Of a DNA stretch of 23,897 bases, positions 20,933 through 23,897 are shown piece after piece (position 1 is the first letter of the stretch; each line of letters opens with the position of its first letter). The DNA lies in contig JBHEMM010000025.1 of assembly GCA_046262595.1 (NCBI GenBank), positions 13,159 to 37,055 on the forward strand, in the 5' to 3' direction. The stretch comes from Vulcanimicrobiaceae bacterium. Lineage in GTDB: Bacteria; Vulcanimicrobiota; Vulcanimicrobiia; Vulcanimicrobiales; Vulcanimicrobiaceae. The translations under genes and the position numbers were made by a program. Below the pieces are notes generated by a model. It worked only from the letters and a program-made list of their open reading frames with translations, was not told the DNA's origin and searched no databases.

Positions 20933-23766
20933 CAGGCGTGAGCCAGTTCTGCGGCCACCGTTTCGACGGTGTAGGCTTCGATGACGTCGCCGACTTTGAG
21001 GTCCTGATAGCGCGCCACCTGGATGCCGCACTCGTAACCTTCCGCCACTTCTCTGACGTCGTCCTTGAAGCGCCGCAGTGATTCCAATTCGCCGTCGAAG
21101 ATGACCGCTTGATCGCGCAGGACGCGCACTTTCGCGCCGCGCGAGATCTTGCCGTCTTTGACGTAGCAGCCGGCAATCGAACCGACCTTGCTGACTTTGA
21201 ACACTTCGCGGACTTCTGCGTGGCCGAGCGTCACCTCGCGCTTCACCGGCGCCAGCATGCCGCGCATGGCCTTCTTGAGATCGTCTTCCACTTCGTAGAT
21301 CACTTGATAGAAGCGCAGATCGACGCTCTCGTTTTCGGCGAGGCGTTTCACTGTTTCGTCAGGACGGATGTTGAAGCCGATGAGCACCGCGTTCGAGGCG
21401 CTCGCCAGATTTACGTCGTTCGGTGAAATCGCACCGACGCCGCCGTGGATAACGTTGATGTCCACTTCTTCGGTCGACAGCGATTCCATACGCGCGCGCA
21501 ACGCCTCGACCGAGCCTTGGCCGTCGGCCTTGACGATGATGTTGAGGCTTTTTTTGCCTTCCGCGGGCATTGACATAAACGTCTCGAGCGAGATGCGCGC
21601 TCCGCCGGTTGCGGAGATGCGAACGTCGCGGCGGCGCGTTTTGCGTTTGTCGGCGGTTTCGCGCGCGACGCGTTCGTCGGAAACGACCATGAGCGTGTCG
21701 CCTGCCGAGGGGACGTCCTGCAGGCCCATGATCTCTACGGGAATCGACGGTCCGGCTTTCTTGACTTGTTTGCCCTTATCGTCAACGAGCGCGCGCACTT
21801 TGCCGAACGTCCCGCCGGCGACGACGATGTCGCCCACGCGCAGCGTCCCGTTTTGAATCAGAACCGTTGCAACCGCGCCGCGGCCGCGGTCCAGTGCAGA
21901 CTCGATGACGACCCCGGTGGCGCGGCGGTTTTTGTTGGCTTTGAGATCCCGGATGTCGGCTTCGAGCAGCACCGTTTCGAGCAAACTGTCGATGCCGTCG
22001 CCGGTGCGCGCGGAAACCGGCACCATCTCGATATTGCCGCCCCAATCGACGGCCTGCAGGCCCTGTTCCGACAGCTGCTGTTTGATGCGTTCGGGTTGAG
22101 CGTCGGGTTTGTCCATTTTATTCATCGCAACGACGATCGGAACGCCCGCCGCTTTCACGTGCGCGATCGCTTCCCGGGTTTGTGGCATGACGCCATCGTC
22201 CGCGGCAACCACCAGGATTGCGACGTCGGTCACTTTTGCCCCGCGCGCCCGCATCGCCGTGAAGGCTTCATGCCCGGGCGTGTCGATGAACGTGATTTTG
22301 CGATCGTTGCGATCGACGGTGTAAGCGCCGATGCGCTGCGTGATGCCGCCGGCTTCGCCGGACGCGACGTTCGCTTGGCGGATACGGTCGAGCAACGATG
22401 TTTTACCGTGATCGACGTGACCCAGAACCGTGACGACCGGCGGTCGGGAGGTCATCATCTCGGGCTTGTCTTCTTCCTGCTCGACGGTGACTTCTTCGCC
22501 CGCTTCTTTGACGACGGCGTTGAAACCGAACTTTTTCGCAACGGCAATCGCGACGTCGCTCGGGATGTTTTGATTGATCGTCGCCATCGTGCCCATCTTG
22601 ATGAGCTCTTTGATGATGTCTTTCGCGGGAACGATCATTGAGGTCGCAAGTTCTTGCACGGTCAGCAAGTCCGGAATCTCGATCGCTTCCAGCTTCGCTG
22701 CCGGTGCAACCGCAACGGCGTCCGGCCGCTTCTTGCGGTTGCGCTCTTTTTCGAGCAGCAGCTCTTTTTCGCGATCTTTCTTATTCAGCTTCTCGTCGCG
22801 ATCGCGCGAACGGTCGCCGGGGCGTCCGCTGCCCGAGCTCGGCGCCGGGCCGTCGGTGGGCGAGGGCGGCATGCCGGGGGCACGCGGCGCGAAGGGACGG
22901 CTTACGCCGCCCTGCGGCGGCGTGAGCGGGCGGAAGGGGCCGTTGCCTTGGACGCGCCGCTGTTGCGGCGCGGCGGAGATCAGACGCCCGGGCTGCGGCA
23001 CGCGCGGCTGACCCGGCGCGGGAACCTGCGTTTGCGCTTGCTGCTGCGGCGGACCCGATTGGCCGGGGCGCGGAGCGACACCGGGGCGGCCGGGCAGGCC
23101 GGTCTGCGGGCCGGGCTCGGCACTGGCGGAGGTGGTGGGCGGCGGCGCCGGACGGCGAGGCGGCAGAACGGATGTCTGGCCCGACGGAACCGGACGCAGA
23201 CGGGAAAGCGGTGCCGGCGGCGCGGCGGGCGGGCGCGGTGCCTTGCGGACAGCCGGCTCCGCTTCGGGCGTGGGCGCTTCGGCCGGCGCAGCGATCGTTT
23301 GCATTTCAGGCGCCGGCGGCGCTGGCGCTTCGGGCGCTTGAGCGGCAGCGACCGGCGCTGCCGGCACGGCAGCGACAGCCTCATCGGGCGGCGCGGCGGA
23401 GACGGCAGGTACAGCGGGCGGTGCAACGGTCTTGCGGCGCGTCGTCGCGCCGGTCACGCGTTTGAGCGTCGGAATCGGTTCCTCGACCGGCGGCGCCTTC
23501 GCGCGCGGAGCGGCCTTTGGAGTGGGCGCCGGCCGCGCGGGCGGCGCAGCTTGCTCGGGTGCCGGCGGGGCGGACTTGGGCTGGGCAGCTTTTGACTTAA
23601 CGAGAACGCTGCGGATCAGGTCCGCGATGTGGTCGGGAACGACGCTCAGCTGATTCTTCGCTTCGAAAACGCCGCCAAGCCGCTCGTTGAAGAGCGTAAT
23701 TAATTCTTTCGAAGTGAGCCCGACTTCTTTTGCAAGTTCAAATATCCGAACTTTTCCGGTAGCCAA
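20932..23766 (-). CDS. infB: Translation initiation factor IF-2
   Basis: N-terminal RIFELAKE; Pro/Ala-rich linker; [47 protein letters not shown] start with GAAAGG 6 nt upstream. Confidence 0.98.
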   Translation of the reverse strand: MATGKVRIFELAKEVGLTSKELITLFNERLGGVFEAKNQLSVVPDHIADLIRSVLVKSKAAQPKSAPPAPEQAAPPARPAPTPKAAPRAKAPPVEEPIPTLKRVTGATTRRKTVAPPAVPAVSAAPPDEAVAAVPAAPVAAAQAPEAPAPPAPEMQTIAAPAEAPTPEAEPAVRKAPRPPAAPPAPLSRLRPVPSGQTSVLPPRRPAPPPTTSASAEPGPQTGLPGRPGVAPRPGQSGPPQQQAQTQVPAPGQPRVPQPGRLISAAPQQRRVQGNGPFRPLTPPQGGVSRPFAPRAPGMPPSPTDGPAPSSGSGRPGDRSRDRDEKLNKKDREKELLLEKERNRKKRPDAVAVAPAAKLEAIEIPDLLTVQELATSMIVPAKDIIKELIKMGTMATINQNIPSDVAIAVAKKFGFNAVVKEAGEEVTVEQEEDKPEMMTSRPPVVTVLGHVDHGKTSLLDRIRQANVASGEAGGITQRIGAYTVDRNDRKITFIDTPGHEAFTAMRARGAKVTDVAILVVAADDGVMPQTREAIAHVKAAGVPIVVAMNKMDKPDAQPERIKQQLSEQGLQAVDWGGNIEMVPVSARTGDGIDSLLETVLLEADIRDLKANKNRRATGVVIESALDRGRGAVATVLIQNGTLRVGDIVVAGGTFGKVRALVDDKGKQVKKAGPSIPVEIMGLQDVPSAGDTLMVVSDERVARETADKRKTRRRDVRISATGGARISLETFMSMPAEGKKSLNIIVKADGQGSVEALRARMESLSTEEVDINVIHGGVGAISPNDVNLASASNAVLIGFNIRPDETVKRLAENESVDLRFYQVIYEVEDDLKKAMRGMLAPVKREVTLGHAEVREVFKVSKVGSIAGCYVKDGKISRGAKVRVLRDQAVIFDGELESLRRFKDDVREVAEGYECGIQVARYQDLKVGDVIEAYTVETVAAELAHA

Positions 23767-23782
23767 ATTCTGCCTTTCACGC

Positions 23783-23832
23783 TGCAGGCGCTAATGAAAT
23801 CCCTCGAACGCGCGTGGCCGGGGGCGCCTGCA
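23783..23832 (-). promoter_or_regulatory. Stem-loop immediately upstream of the infB ribosome-binding site
   Basis: TGCAGGCGC (23783-23791) and GCGCCTGCA (23824-23832) form a perfect 9-bp inverted repeat around 32 nt. Confidence 0.4.
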
Positions 23833-23897
23833 TTGCCCTCAGTTCATCGGCGTGTCCTTCGCTCCCAGCTCACGCATGGGTGTGGTTTAGCATGTCT

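Noticed and set aside
22800..23600. Very GC-rich, Pro/Ala/Gly-rich low-complexity stretch as a separate element
   Set aside because: It is the variable N-terminal linker of IF2, in frame, and common in high-GC bacteria.
23775..23852. Hammerhead ribozyme or K-turn upstream of infB (CUGA...GAAA; GAUGA..CUGA)
   Set aside because: The core reads CUGAGGG rather than CUGAnGA and the flanking stems do not form. The K-turn-like motifs are too close together to make the required helix.
23871..23897. 3' end of the upstream gene (possibly ylxR, reading DMLNHTHA-stop)
   Set aside because: Only eight codons are visible. Identity rests on expected gene order alone, so it is not called.

Overview
A high-GC bacterial chromosomal window, densely coding, with many overlapping start/stop codons. 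I found no rRNA, tRNA, CRISPR array or mobile element. The right third is the conserved housekeeping operon infB-rbfA-nrnA-(small membrane protein)-truB-ribF-(TlpA lipoprotein) on the minus strand. The left and middle are accessory and hold four unusual modules. (1) A proline-dehydrogenase-family gene whose proline-selecting active-site Tyr is replaced by Ala, coupled to a non-DHDPS DapA-family aldolase; this suggests hydroxyproline or substituted-proline catabolism. (2) A roughly 1910-aa cytoplasmic poly-HAMP/GAF/HisKA/3xREC hybrid kinase, coupled to a degenerate CheR with no CheB, and divergent from a GAF-PP2C-RsbW fusion; the layout resembles Streptomyces osaA/osaC. (3) A ferredoxin / FAD-oxidoreductase / SRPBCC cyclase / lone ketosynthase operon, in which the oxidoreductase has no canonical start codon upstream of its FAD-binding motif. 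(4) A two-ring Clp/Hsp100 ATPase with an N-terminal four-Cys motif and a hydrophobic segment, lacking the Clp-N repeats, the M-domain and the ClpP-docking loop. All calls come from motif recognition by eye. No searches were run, and reference residue numbers are recalled from memory.
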